Shown here one piece after another: positions 1 to 6,220 of a DNA stretch of 13,188 nt; positions within the stretch are counted from its first letter, which is position 1; each line of letters starts with the position of its first letter. The translations under genes were made by a program, and so were the position numbers. The DNA is taken from positions 1 to 13,188 of the forward strand of contig JBICIE010000236.1 in assembly GCA_043101635.1 (NCBI GenBank), given 5' to 3'. The notes beneath the pieces were generated by a model. That model saw only the letters and a list, made by a program, of their open reading frames with translations. It did no database searches and had not been told where the DNA came from. Source of the stretch: Phycisphaerales bacterium JB039. GTDB lineage: Bacteria; Planctomycetota; Phycisphaerae; Phycisphaerales; UBA1924.

Positions 1-126
1 GCCGACGAACGCCGCGCCACCTACGGCTACTCCGGCGGGGTCGAGGAGCTGCTGATCTACGGCGCCGTCTGGGGTGTCGTGCTGGTCATCTGGGGAATCG
101 GCGAACTGATCGAGGCCTGCGACTGA
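1..126 (+). CDS. 3' end of a CDS entering from the window edge; C-terminal hydrophobic segment suggests a membrane-anchored hypothetical protein.
   Basis: Frame 1 is open from base 1 and ends at TGA 124-126. G/C is strongly favoured at codon third positions. The tail ...EELLIYGAVWGVVLVIWGIGELIEACD is a plausible C-terminal TM helix. The 5' end lies outside the window, so no family can be assigned. Confidence 0.45.
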   Translation, partial: ADERRATYGYSGGVEELLIYGAVWGVVLVIWGIGELIEACD

Positions 127-138
127 GGCGGGTCGCGA

Positions 139-774
139 TCACCCTTCGGCGCCATCTCGCAGGGCGTCGGCAAACGCCGCCAGCAGCCCCTGCCACAACT
201 CCGCCTTCTCGACCAGGTCGTACTCGAGGGCGTCGGCGAGGCGCGTCAGGTCGCCATCGCGCATGGCGTCGCGGGCCTCGAGCAGCGCGGCGCCGAGTTC
301 GGTGATCCGACTTCCCATTGAGATTCGCCCGCCCTCCGGGCCGGGCAGCTCCAGCGTCAGGTCGTCCGGGGCGATGCTCATCAGGTCGGTCGTCTGCCCG
401 ATGACCTGCTGGATGGTCTGCCAGATCTCAAGGGCGGCGGTCATGGCGTCGAAGGCGACCTGGTTGCGTCCCGCATGGATCTCGGCGGCGGCCCGCCGCT
501 GGAGCGCCACCGCGTCACCGAGGGCGTCGGAGGCCTCCATGAGCGTGGTTCGGACCAGGGCCACCGGCTCGGCGGTGCGCAGCGCAACCTCGGCGCCGGG
601 CATGTGCTCCTCCGATGGGGTCGCCAGCTCATCGCCGCCAACGGGCTCGCCGTTGAGCTTCACCTCGATGATGACCCGACCGGCCGCGCTGGCCAGCTCG
701 ATGCCCGTCTCCAGGGCGCAGGCCAGCGTCGGACGGTCGAGGTCGACGGGCGTGTCATCGAGCAGCAGTCGCAT
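139..774 (-). CDS. Hypothetical acidic soluble protein of 211 aa, third gene of the GT2/LAB_N operon and translationally coupled to the gene upstream.
   Basis: ATG at 774..772 overlaps the upstream gene's TGA (776..774) as ATGA. The stop is TGA at 141..139. Composition is balanced and Ala/Leu/Asp/Glu-rich, with no TM segment and no motif I recognise. The longer track ORF 139..1002 is a 5' read-through into the upstream gene. The opposite-strand ORF 263..946 is Ser/Arg-rich low complexity and is rejected. Confidence 0.6.
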   Translation of the reverse strand: MRLLLDDTPVDLDRPTLACALETGIELASAAGRVIIEVKLNGEPVGGDELATPSEEHMPGAEVALRTAEPVALVRTTLMEASDALGDAVALQRRAAAEIHAGRNQVAFDAMTAALEIWQTIQQVIGQTTDLMSIAPDDLTLELPGPEGGRISMGSRITELGAALLEARDAMRDGDLTRLADALEYDLVEKAELWQGLLAAFADALRDGAEG

Positions 775-1358
775 CAGGTCCCCTCGTTGGCGACGCTGGC
801 GGCCCGGGCGTCGCGAGAGCGCTTCTTGTGGATCAACCGGATGTTCCGGGCGTAGATCACGATACCCGAAGACTGGCCCAGCACCCCCACGATATCGCGC
901 CGCCAGACAAAGTACACGAACAGACACAGGCCGCCGAGCAGGCTGATCCACCAGAAGATGTCGGGAATCACGCTCTCGCGCTGGCGCTCGCTGACGATCC
1001 ACTGGATCAGGAAACGGCTCGAGAAGACGATCTGCCCGCCCAGCCCGATGGTGATCCAGATCAGGCTCACCCAGTTCGTGATGTTGAAGAGCTTGAAGAT
1101 CTTGTAGCGGTCGTACGCCTCGAACTCGTCGGCGAGCCAGCCAAAACGCTGGCGAAACTCGGTCTCGGCCATCGGCTCGGACTCGCGCCCGTCGCGCCCG
1201 CGGATGCGGTAGACCATCTCGCCCTCAGGTCCGTCCGAGCGCTCGACCCAGCCGCGGGCCCCGCCCCAGCGGAACTCGACGAAAGTCGCCCCGTCAGGGC
1301 CTGAAATCGGATCCGGGCGATACACCAGCCATGCCCCGAGCAGCACGAGCAGCGCCAT
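774..1358 (-). CDS. Membrane protein with a C-terminal LAB_N-like domain (lipid A biosynthesis N-terminal domain, Pfam PF07578 from memory), preceded by an N-terminal TM helix and a ~90-aa extension of unknown function.
   Basis: The C-terminal ~85 aa read NWVSLIWITIGLGGQIVFSSRFLIQWIVSERQRESVIPDIFWWISLLGGLCLFVYFVWRRDIVGVLGQSSGIVIYARNIRLIH. This matches the remembered LAB_N consensus (GQ..FssRF..QW..SE....SV.P..FW..SllG....Y...r.D.V...GQ..G..IY.RN). The start is placed at ATG 1358..1356 (MALLVLLGAWLVY..., hydrophobic TM), 35 nt after the GT2 stop. The upstream 225 codons of track ORF 774..2033 are Arg/Pro-rich and overlap the GT2 gene in another frame, so they are rejected as read-through. Confidence 0.65.
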   Translation of the reverse strand: MALLVLLGAWLVYRPDPISGPDGATFVEFRWGGARGWVERSDGPEGEMVYRIRGRDGRESEPMAETEFRQRFGWLADEFEAYDRYKIFKLFNITNWVSLIWITIGLGGQIVFSSRFLIQWIVSERQRESVIPDIFWWISLLGGLCLFVYFVWRRDIVGVLGQSSGIVIYARNIRLIHKKRSRDARAASVANEGT

Positions 1359-1393
1359 GAGGGCGAGCGGCTCCCACTTCAGGCGCCCGGGTT

Positions 1394-2239
1394 TCAACGG
1401 GCGGGCTCCGGCGTCATGGCGGAAGCGATCTCGACGGTCGCCGCGCCGCTGTCGGCTGGCGCCGGCCCGCGCTCGACGAGGTCGCTGGTGACCGGGCGCC
1501 GCCGGCTGCGCATGTAGCGCACGGCGAAGCAGTCGATCAGACCGGGCAGGGCCCGCTGCGCCACGCCCATGCCGTACTTGGTCTCGCCGGCGGTGCGGGG
1601 ACGGTGCGCAACCGGCGTCTCCACCACCGTGTAGCCCATGTGCCGCGCGGTCACCGGGATGAACCGGTGCATTCCCTTGAATTCCAGCGGCAGGCGCACG
1701 GCGATCTCCCGGCGCATGATGCGCAGCGAGCAGCCGGTGTCGCGAATCGTGTCCCCCAGCAGCCAGCGCCGAAAGGCGCGCCCGACGACCGAGCCGGCGC
1801 GCCGCACCGCGCTGTCGCGCCGGTTGCGGGAGCGGTCCCCCTGCACCATGTCCGCGCCGGCGCTGCGCAGCAGGTCGAGCATCGCCGGCAGGTCTGCCGG
1901 GTCGTTCTGGAGGTCGGCGTCGAGCGTGGCGATCAGCTCGCCTCGGGCGGCCCGAAACCCCGCGTGGAACGCCGCCGACTGGCCGTGGCCGCGCCCGGGC
2001 GGCGTGCCGGTCATGGCGACGCAGCGCAGCCACGGCCGCTGCGCCATCAGGGCCAGCGCCTCGCGCCGGGTGGCGTCGGTGGAGCCGTCATCGACCAGGA
2101 TCAGTTCCCAGCGCAGGCCCAGCGGCTCCAGCGCCCCGGCGACCTGCTCGACCAGCGGCCGGATGTTGTCCTGTTCGTCATGGGCCGGGGCCACGACGGA
2201 AAGGTCGAGGCCGGCGGGCAGGTCAGTCATAGCTAACAT
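1394..2239 (-). CDS. Family 2 glycosyltransferase (GT2) of the polyprenyl/dolichyl-phosphate glycosyltransferase type (DPM1/GtrB/ArnC-like).
   Basis: N-terminal LSVVAPAHDEQDNIRPLV...WELILVDDGSTDATRREA is a GT-A fold nucleotide-sugar binding region. It is followed by ...GHGQSAAFHAGF...LIATLDADLQNDPADLP (DxD-type motif) and ...KYGMG near the C-terminus, as in polyprenyl-phosphate sugar synthases. There are no C-terminal TM helices, consistent with pairing to the LAB_N membrane protein downstream. The start is ATG 2239..2237 or ATG 2230..2228. The stop is TGA 1396..1394. Confidence 0.85.
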   Translation of the reverse strand: MLAMTDLPAGLDLSVVAPAHDEQDNIRPLVEQVAGALEPLGLRWELILVDDGSTDATRREALALMAQRPWLRCVAMTGTPPGRGHGQSAAFHAGFRAARGELIATLDADLQNDPADLPAMLDLLRSAGADMVQGDRSRNRRDSAVRRAGSVVGRAFRRWLLGDTIRDTGCSLRIMRREIAVRLPLEFKGMHRFIPVTARHMGYTVVETPVAHRPRTAGETKYGMGVAQRALPGLIDCFAVRYMRSRRRPVTSDLVERGPAPADSGAATVEIASAMTPEPAR

Positions 2240-2279
2240 TCTAGGAGCGGGCCGCGCAAGGGGTGCTGCGCATAGAATG
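2237..2279. promoter_or_regulatory. Nested inverted repeat in the low-GC divergent intergenic region between the GT2 operon (minus) and the ferredoxin cluster (plus).
   Basis: Outer arms CATTCTA (2237-2243) and TAGAATG (2273-2279) enclose inner arms GCGCA (2254-2258) and TGCGC (2267-2271). The outer left arm contains the GT2 start codon (CAT = ATG on the minus strand). The region 2231-2325 is clearly more AT-rich than the flanks. Confidence 0.35.
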
Positions 2280-2325
2280 CTGAGAATTGGAATCGTTCTA
2301 ATCTACCACGCAGGATCCCGCGCCC

Positions 2326-2724
2326 ATGCATCTGCGTCATTCTGATCACGACCACGGCCCCCCCACGGTCCCCGTGAAGTTCCTCCTCGAAGATCCTGAC
2401 GGGCTCACCGGCTCGGACAAGTCCGAATGGGACCTCATGGCGGCCAAAGGCGAACATCTGCTCGAGGTGGCCATCGAGCATGGGATCAACATCGAGCACG
2501 CCTGCGGCGGCGTGTGCGCCTGCTCGACCTGTCACGTCTACATCGAGCAGGGCATGGACGACCTCGCCGAGTCGACCGAGGCGGAGGAAGACCGCGTCGA
2601 GGAGGCCCCCGGGCTCCAGGTCAACAGCCGGCTGAGTTGCCAGTGCGAGATCGAGGGCAATGGCCCCATCGTGGTGCGGGTGCCCGCCTGGAACCGCAAC
2701 GCCGTCAAGGAAGTCCCCCACTGA
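2326..2724 (+). CDS. [2Fe-2S] ferredoxin of the adrenodoxin/ISC-Fdx type, with a His-rich N-terminal extension (MHLRHSDHDHG).
   Basis: Cluster ligands are C-x5-C-x2-C in HACGGVCACSTCHV, plus the distal Cys in SRLSCQCEI, with the expected spacing for vertebrate-type bacterial Fdx. The fold preceding these is VKFLLEDPDG...EHLLEVAIEHGINIE. ATG 2326 has no SD. An in-frame GTG at 2374 would give a canonical M-KFLLEDP start. Confidence 0.85.
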   Translation: MHLRHSDHDHGPPTVPVKFLLEDPDGLTGSDKSEWDLMAAKGEHLLEVAIEHGINIEHACGGVCACSTCHVYIEQGMDDLAESTEAEEDRVEEAPGLQVNSRLSCQCEIEGNGPIVVRVPAWNRNAVKEVPH

Positions 2725-2800
2725 CTCCCCACTGACGCCGGTTCCACCGCCGAATCCAGGCGGACCTCGGGCCCGAAGCGAGCCGCAAGGAGTTTCACCC

Positions 2801-3514
2801 ATGTGGCTTGCATCCGTCGCCGCCTGCTTTCTCGCCAGCACAACCCCCGCCCCGGTCCAGCCGCTGGCGGACGGGGCCGTCCTGCTGGTCCGGGCCCCCA
2901 CCGACGCCGCCGTCGAGGCCATCGAGACGTCCAAGGGCACGATGTACCGGGCCGGCCGCGTCTCGACCGACACGCGACTGCCGGTGGGATACCCGGCGCC
3001 GACGGCCCCGGGGGCGATCGAGATCAAGCGGTATCCCCAGGTGCGCCGCGCCACCGTCTCCGGCGACGGAGCGATGGACCGCGCCGGGGCCAGCGGCTTC
3101 TGGCCGCTGTTCCTGCACATCTCGCGCCGCGACATCGCGATGACGGCGCCCGTGGAGACGGAACTGCGACGCACCAACGACGCCGGCTCGTCATCGTGGA
3201 CCATGGCCTTCCTGTATCACTCGCCCGACGATGGCCAGGCCGGGACAGACGGGCGCATCACCATCGAGGACGCCGAGCCGGTCACGGTGCTGGCGCTGGG
3301 GGTCCGCGGGCGCGTCAGCATGCGCGATCCGTTCATGCAGGTGGCCGAACTGGAGTCGTGGCTCGAAGAGCACGGCGAGCACTGGATCGCAGATGGCGAC
3401 GTTCGCGTCCTCGGGTACAACGGCCCAAACGTCCGCGCCGCGGACCAGTGGTGGGAAGTGCAGTTGCCGATCAGGCCCGCGGCCCGCCAGAGCGAAGCGC
3501 CCGCCGGCTCGTGA
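2801..3514 (+). CDS. Secreted SOUL/HBP-family heme-binding protein (PF04832-like) with an N-terminal signal peptide.
   Basis: SD AAGGAG at 2787-2792 sits 8 nt before ATG 2801. The N-terminus MWLASVAACFLASTTPAPVQP is signal-peptide-like. SOUL hallmarks are IEIKRYPQVRRATV (YEIRRY-like), GFWPLFLHISRRDIAMTAPV (F..L..YI.G.N...I.MTAPV) and a second-half WTMAFLYHSPDD (MSF.lP-like). The track ORF 2660..3514 extends upstream without SD support. Confidence 0.7.
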   Translation: MWLASVAACFLASTTPAPVQPLADGAVLLVRAPTDAAVEAIETSKGTMYRAGRVSTDTRLPVGYPAPTAPGAIEIKRYPQVRRATVSGDGAMDRAGASGFWPLFLHISRRDIAMTAPVETELRRTNDAGSSSWTMAFLYHSPDDGQAGTDGRITIEDAEPVTVLALGVRGRVSMRDPFMQVAELESWLEEHGEHWIADGDVRVLGYNGPNVRAADQWWEVQLPIRPAARQSEAPAGS

Positions 3515-3568
3515 TCCCCCGGCAGCGCCGCGGCCCCGGGCGCCCCGCCGCCCCTACCATCCGCCCGC

Positions 3569-4456
3569 ATGACCACCGCCACCGCCGCATCGCCCAAGCT
3601 CGATGACCAGCAGCCGGCGCCGAAGCCGCTGCTCAACGTCGTCGACCTCAAGACGTGGTTCCCGGTCCGGTCGGGCGTGCTGCAGCGCGTCACCGGGCAC
3701 GTCAAGGCGGTCGACGGCATCACCTTCAGGATCGGCAAGGGCGAGACGCTCGGGCTGGTCGGCGAGTCCGGCTGCGGCAAGACCACCGTCGGGCGCACCA
3801 TCCTGCGCCTGATCCCGCACACCAGCGGCACGGTGACGTTCGACGGCCGGAACGTCTTTGCGGCTCGCGGTCCCGAGCTGAAGCGCCTGCGCCGCGACAT
3901 GCAGATCATCTTCCAGGATCCCGCCGGCAGCCTCAACCCGCGCATGCGGATCGCCAGCATCGTTGGCGAGCCGCTGGTGGTGCACGGGCTGGTGTCGGGC
4001 CGCGACGAGCTGCGCACCCGCGTCGAGGAACTGCTGGTCAAGTGCGGCATGCCCAAGGCCGCCGCCGACCGCTACCCCCACGAGTTCAGCGGAGGCCAGC
4101 GCCAGCGCATCGGCATCGCCCGCGCTCTGGCCCTCGAGCCGCGCTTCATCGTCTGCGACGAGCCGACCAGCGCCCTGGATGTGAGCATCCAGGCCCAGAT
4201 CATCAACCTCCTGACCGATCTGCAGGGCGAGTTCGGGCTCAGCTACCTGTTCATCAGCCACGACATGGCGGTCATCCAGCACGTCTGCCAGCGCATCGCG
4301 GTCATGTACAAGGGCAAGATCGTCGAGGCCGGCTCGCGGGAGGAGATCCTCCAGAACCCGCAGCACAAGTACACCCAGTCGCTGCTCAGCGCTGTTCCCG
4401 AGCCCGACCCGCGACGGGAGCGCACCCGCATCGTCTTCGAAGGCGGGGCGATGTAG
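3569..4456 (+). CDS. ABC transporter ATP-binding protein of the oligopeptide/dipeptide (OppF/DppF) type, with no permease or substrate-binding gene in the window.
   Basis: Walker A is [10 protein letters not shown]-loop IFQDP, ABC signature [15 protein letters not shown], Walker [14 protein letters not shown]-loop ISHDM. The C-terminal tail [14 protein letters not shown] is typical of OppD/F-family ATPases. Confidence 0.9.
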   Translation: MTTATAASPKLDDQQPAPKPLLNVVDLKTWFPVRSGVLQRVTGHVKAVDGITFRIGKGETLGLVGESGCGKTTVGRTILRLIPHTSGTVTFDGRNVFAARGPELKRLRRDMQIIFQDPAGSLNPRMRIASIVGEPLVVHGLVSGRDELRTRVEELLVKCGMPKAAADRYPHEFSGGQRQRIGIARALALEPRFIVCDEPTSALDVSIQAQIINLLTDLQGEFGLSYLFISHDMAVIQHVCQRIAVMYKGKIVEAGSREEILQNPQHKYTQSLLSAVPEPDPRRERTRIVFEGGAM

Positions 4457-4463
4457 AGCCGGG

Positions 4464-4488
4464 GATCCGGGATCTGCGATCCGGGATC
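4464..4488. repeat. Tandem pair of 11-bp palindromes, GATCC-G-GGATC, separated by TGC, carrying four GATC sites in 25 bp.
   Basis: Unit copies are at 4464-4474 and 4478-4488, each a perfect 5-bp inverted repeat around a central G. They lie in the 106-bp gap between the ABC ATPase stop (4456) and the SPFH start, flanked by G-runs. Confidence 0.55.
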
Positions 4489-4562
4489 AGGGGGCCCGCC
4501 TAGGCTGGATGAAACCTCCGGGTTCGGTCCCGGAAGAAGCTCGCGGAAAGGGGGGCTTCCCA

Positions 4563-6167
4563 ATGGCGATGATGTTCCTGGCTCTCGGCGCCATCGTGGC
4601 GATCGGCCTGCTGGCGCTGGTCCCGCGTGTGACGGACAAGACAGCGCGAATTGCGCTCTTTGCCATGGCGGTCGCGGCCGTGCTGGCCGGTGTCACGCTC
4701 AGTTCGTTCCGTTTCGTCGGGGAGAACTCCGTCGGCGTGGTGGTCAAGAACGCCTTCGGCGCCCCGCTGCCCCCGGGCAAGATCATCGCCACCGACGGCG
4801 AGAAGGGCCCGCAGGCCCGCGTGCTGCCCCCGGGCTGGCACCCCTGGCTCTGGCCGGTGATCTACGACGTGGAACTCGTCCCCGTCGTCGAGATCTCCGA
4901 GGGAGAGGTCGGCATGCTCACGGCGGCCGATGGCCTGCCGCTGCCCGCCGACGCCTTCTACGCCCCCGAGTGGCCCGAGCAGCAGAAGCGACAGATGGCC
5001 GAGGACGCGGCGTTCTTCCTCGGCGAGGGCGCCGGCTACAAGGGGCCCCAGACCAGCGTGCTCAAGCCGGGCAAGTACCGCATCAACACCAAGCTCTTCA
5101 AGGTCGAGATCGTGCCCGTGACCAACGTCGCCAAGGCGACCGTCGGCGTCGTCAAGAGCAACGTCGGCGAATGGGTGCCCTCGGCCGAGGGCGAGTCGCC
5201 GCTGGTCGATCGCGGCCAGCAGGGCATCTGGCGCACGCCGCTGAGCCCCGGCACCCACCCGCTGAACACCCGGGCCTACGAGATCACGCCGATCTCCACG
5301 GCCAAGCAGGTGGTGCGCTACACCAAGGCCGAGACTGCCGCGATGCCCGGTGAGGAGCGCGAGATCATCGTTCGCTCCAGCGACGGCTTCACCTTCCCGG
5401 TCGATGTCCGCATCGAGTACGAGATCAGGCCCGAGGACGCCCCGCTGGTCGTCGCCAACTTCAGCGACGACCAGGATCGGCTGCGCGAGCGCCTCAACTC
5501 CGCCGTGCGCGCCATCTTCCGCAACAACGCCGAGGATGTCAAAGCCCTGCAGTACGTGCAGGAACGCTCCCGGCAGGAGCAGGACTCCCTGGCCGCGCTC
5601 GCCACTGAGATGGAGGCCATGGGCGTGACGATCACGGCCGTGCGCATCGGCGATGTCGGCGACGAGCAGACCCTCGGCTCGCTCCTGAAGACCCAGACCG
5701 ATCGCGAGATCGCGGTGCAGGAGCAGCTCACCTTCCAGGAGCAGCAGAAGGCCGCCGAGCAGAAGAAGCAGCTCACCCGCACCGAGCAGGAGGCCGAGGA
5801 GGAGCGCCGCCTCGCCACCGCCAGCTATCAGGTGCAGATCGCCGAGCAGGACAAGGAGCGCCGCATCATCGAGGCCACCGCCGAGGCCGAGGCCATCCAG
5901 ATCCAGGCCGAGGCTCAGGCCGACGCCTACCGGCTCATCGCCGAGCAGATCGGCAAGGGCAACGCGGCGCTGGTCGAGTTGCTCAAGGTCGTCGGTGAGC
6001 AGGGCATCCAGATCACCCCGCGCGTGATGATCGTGGGCGACCGGACCGGCAACGGCGCCGGGAACGACGCCGAGACCACCGCGCTGATCGGCACGATGCT
6101 CGACACAATGGTGCAGCGCGACGAGTCGCCCCGCGAGTCGGACGCACCGCAGGCGCCCGGCGGATGA
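4563..6167 (+). CDS. Flotillin-like SPFH/Band 7 family membrane protein (YqiK/FloT-like), with an N-terminal TM anchor and a C-terminal Glu/Ala/Gln-rich coiled coil.
   Basis: ATG 4563 (MAMMFLALGAIVAIGLLALV, TM) is preceded by GGAAAGGGGGG at 4545-4556. An alternative in-frame ATG at 4509 would add 18 residues. A second hydrophobic segment is followed by an SPFH core (VGVVVKNAFG...EVGMLTAADGL...FTFPVDVRIEYEI). A long coiled coil follows with EA repeats (QEAEEERRLA...ATAEAEAIQIQAEAQADAYRLIAEQ), typical of the flotillin C-terminal domain. Confidence 0.85.
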   Translation: MAMMFLALGAIVAIGLLALVPRVTDKTARIALFAMAVAAVLAGVTLSSFRFVGENSVGVVVKNAFGAPLPPGKIIATDGEKGPQARVLPPGWHPWLWPVIYDVELVPVVEISEGEVGMLTAADGLPLPADAFYAPEWPEQQKRQMAEDAAFFLGEGAGYKGPQTSVLKPGKYRINTKLFKVEIVPVTNVAKATVGVVKSNVGEWVPSAEGESPLVDRGQQGIWRTPLSPGTHPLNTRAYEITPISTAKQVVRYTKAETAAMPGEEREIIVRSSDGFTFPVDVRIEYEIRPEDAPLVVANFSDDQDRLRERLNSAVRAIFRNNAEDVKALQYVQERSRQEQDSLAALATEMEAMGVTITAVRIGDVGDEQTLGSLLKTQTDREIAVQEQLTFQEQQKAAEQKKQLTRTEQEAEEERRLATASYQVQIAEQDKERRIIEATAEAEAIQIQAEAQADAYRLIAEQIGKGNAALVELLKVVGEQGIQITPRVMIVGDRTGNGAGNDAETTALIGTMLDTMVQRDESPRESDAPQAPGG

Positions 6168-6180
6168 AGCTGCTCCCCGG

Positions 6181-6198
6181 CGCCTGCAACGGCAGGCG
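6181..6198. terminator. Short GC hairpin (CGCCTGC-aacg-GCAGGCG) between the flotillin gene and the downstream membrane-protein gene. It could be an attenuator or RNA processing stem, not a strong terminator.
   Basis: A 7-bp perfect stem with a 4-nt loop lies 14 nt after the flotillin stop. There is no U-tract. The next gene starts 23 nt later, so read-through is likely. Confidence 0.25.
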
Positions 6199-6220
6199 AT
6201 TGGGCCGGTAGACTGAGGTC

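Noticed and set aside
263-946. 227-aa plus-strand ORF opposite the 139..774 gene
   Set aside because: Ser/Arg/Ala-rich low-complexity translation. The minus-strand frame has balanced composition and an ATGA coupling to the upstream gene.
774-2033. Full 419-aa extent of the minus-strand ORF containing the LAB_N domain
   Set aside because: The first 225 codons overlap the GT2 gene in a different frame and are Arg/Pro/Gly-rich nonsense. Only the portion from ATG 1358 is retained.
2660-2800. N-terminal 47-codon extension of the SOUL ORF (and overlapping ORF 2427..2735)
   Set aside because: It overlaps the ferredoxin 3' end and lacks an SD. ATG 2801 has a consensus AAGGAG at ideal spacing and begins a signal peptide.
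2233-3204. 323-aa minus-strand ORF overlapping the ferredoxin and SOUL genes
   Set aside because: It is antisense to two genes with clear family signatures. The translation is Ala/Gly/Arg-rich low complexity with no motifs. Long antisense ORFs are expected at ~70% GC.
3554-4366. 270-aa minus-strand ORF
   Set aside because: It is antisense to the ABC ATPase with its complete Walker/signature motifs. No independent support.
4500-5258. 252-aa minus-strand ORF and several 60-130-aa ORFs opposite the flotillin gene
   Set aside because: Antisense to a well-supported SPFH gene. Compositions are Arg/Gly/Ala- or Ser-rich.
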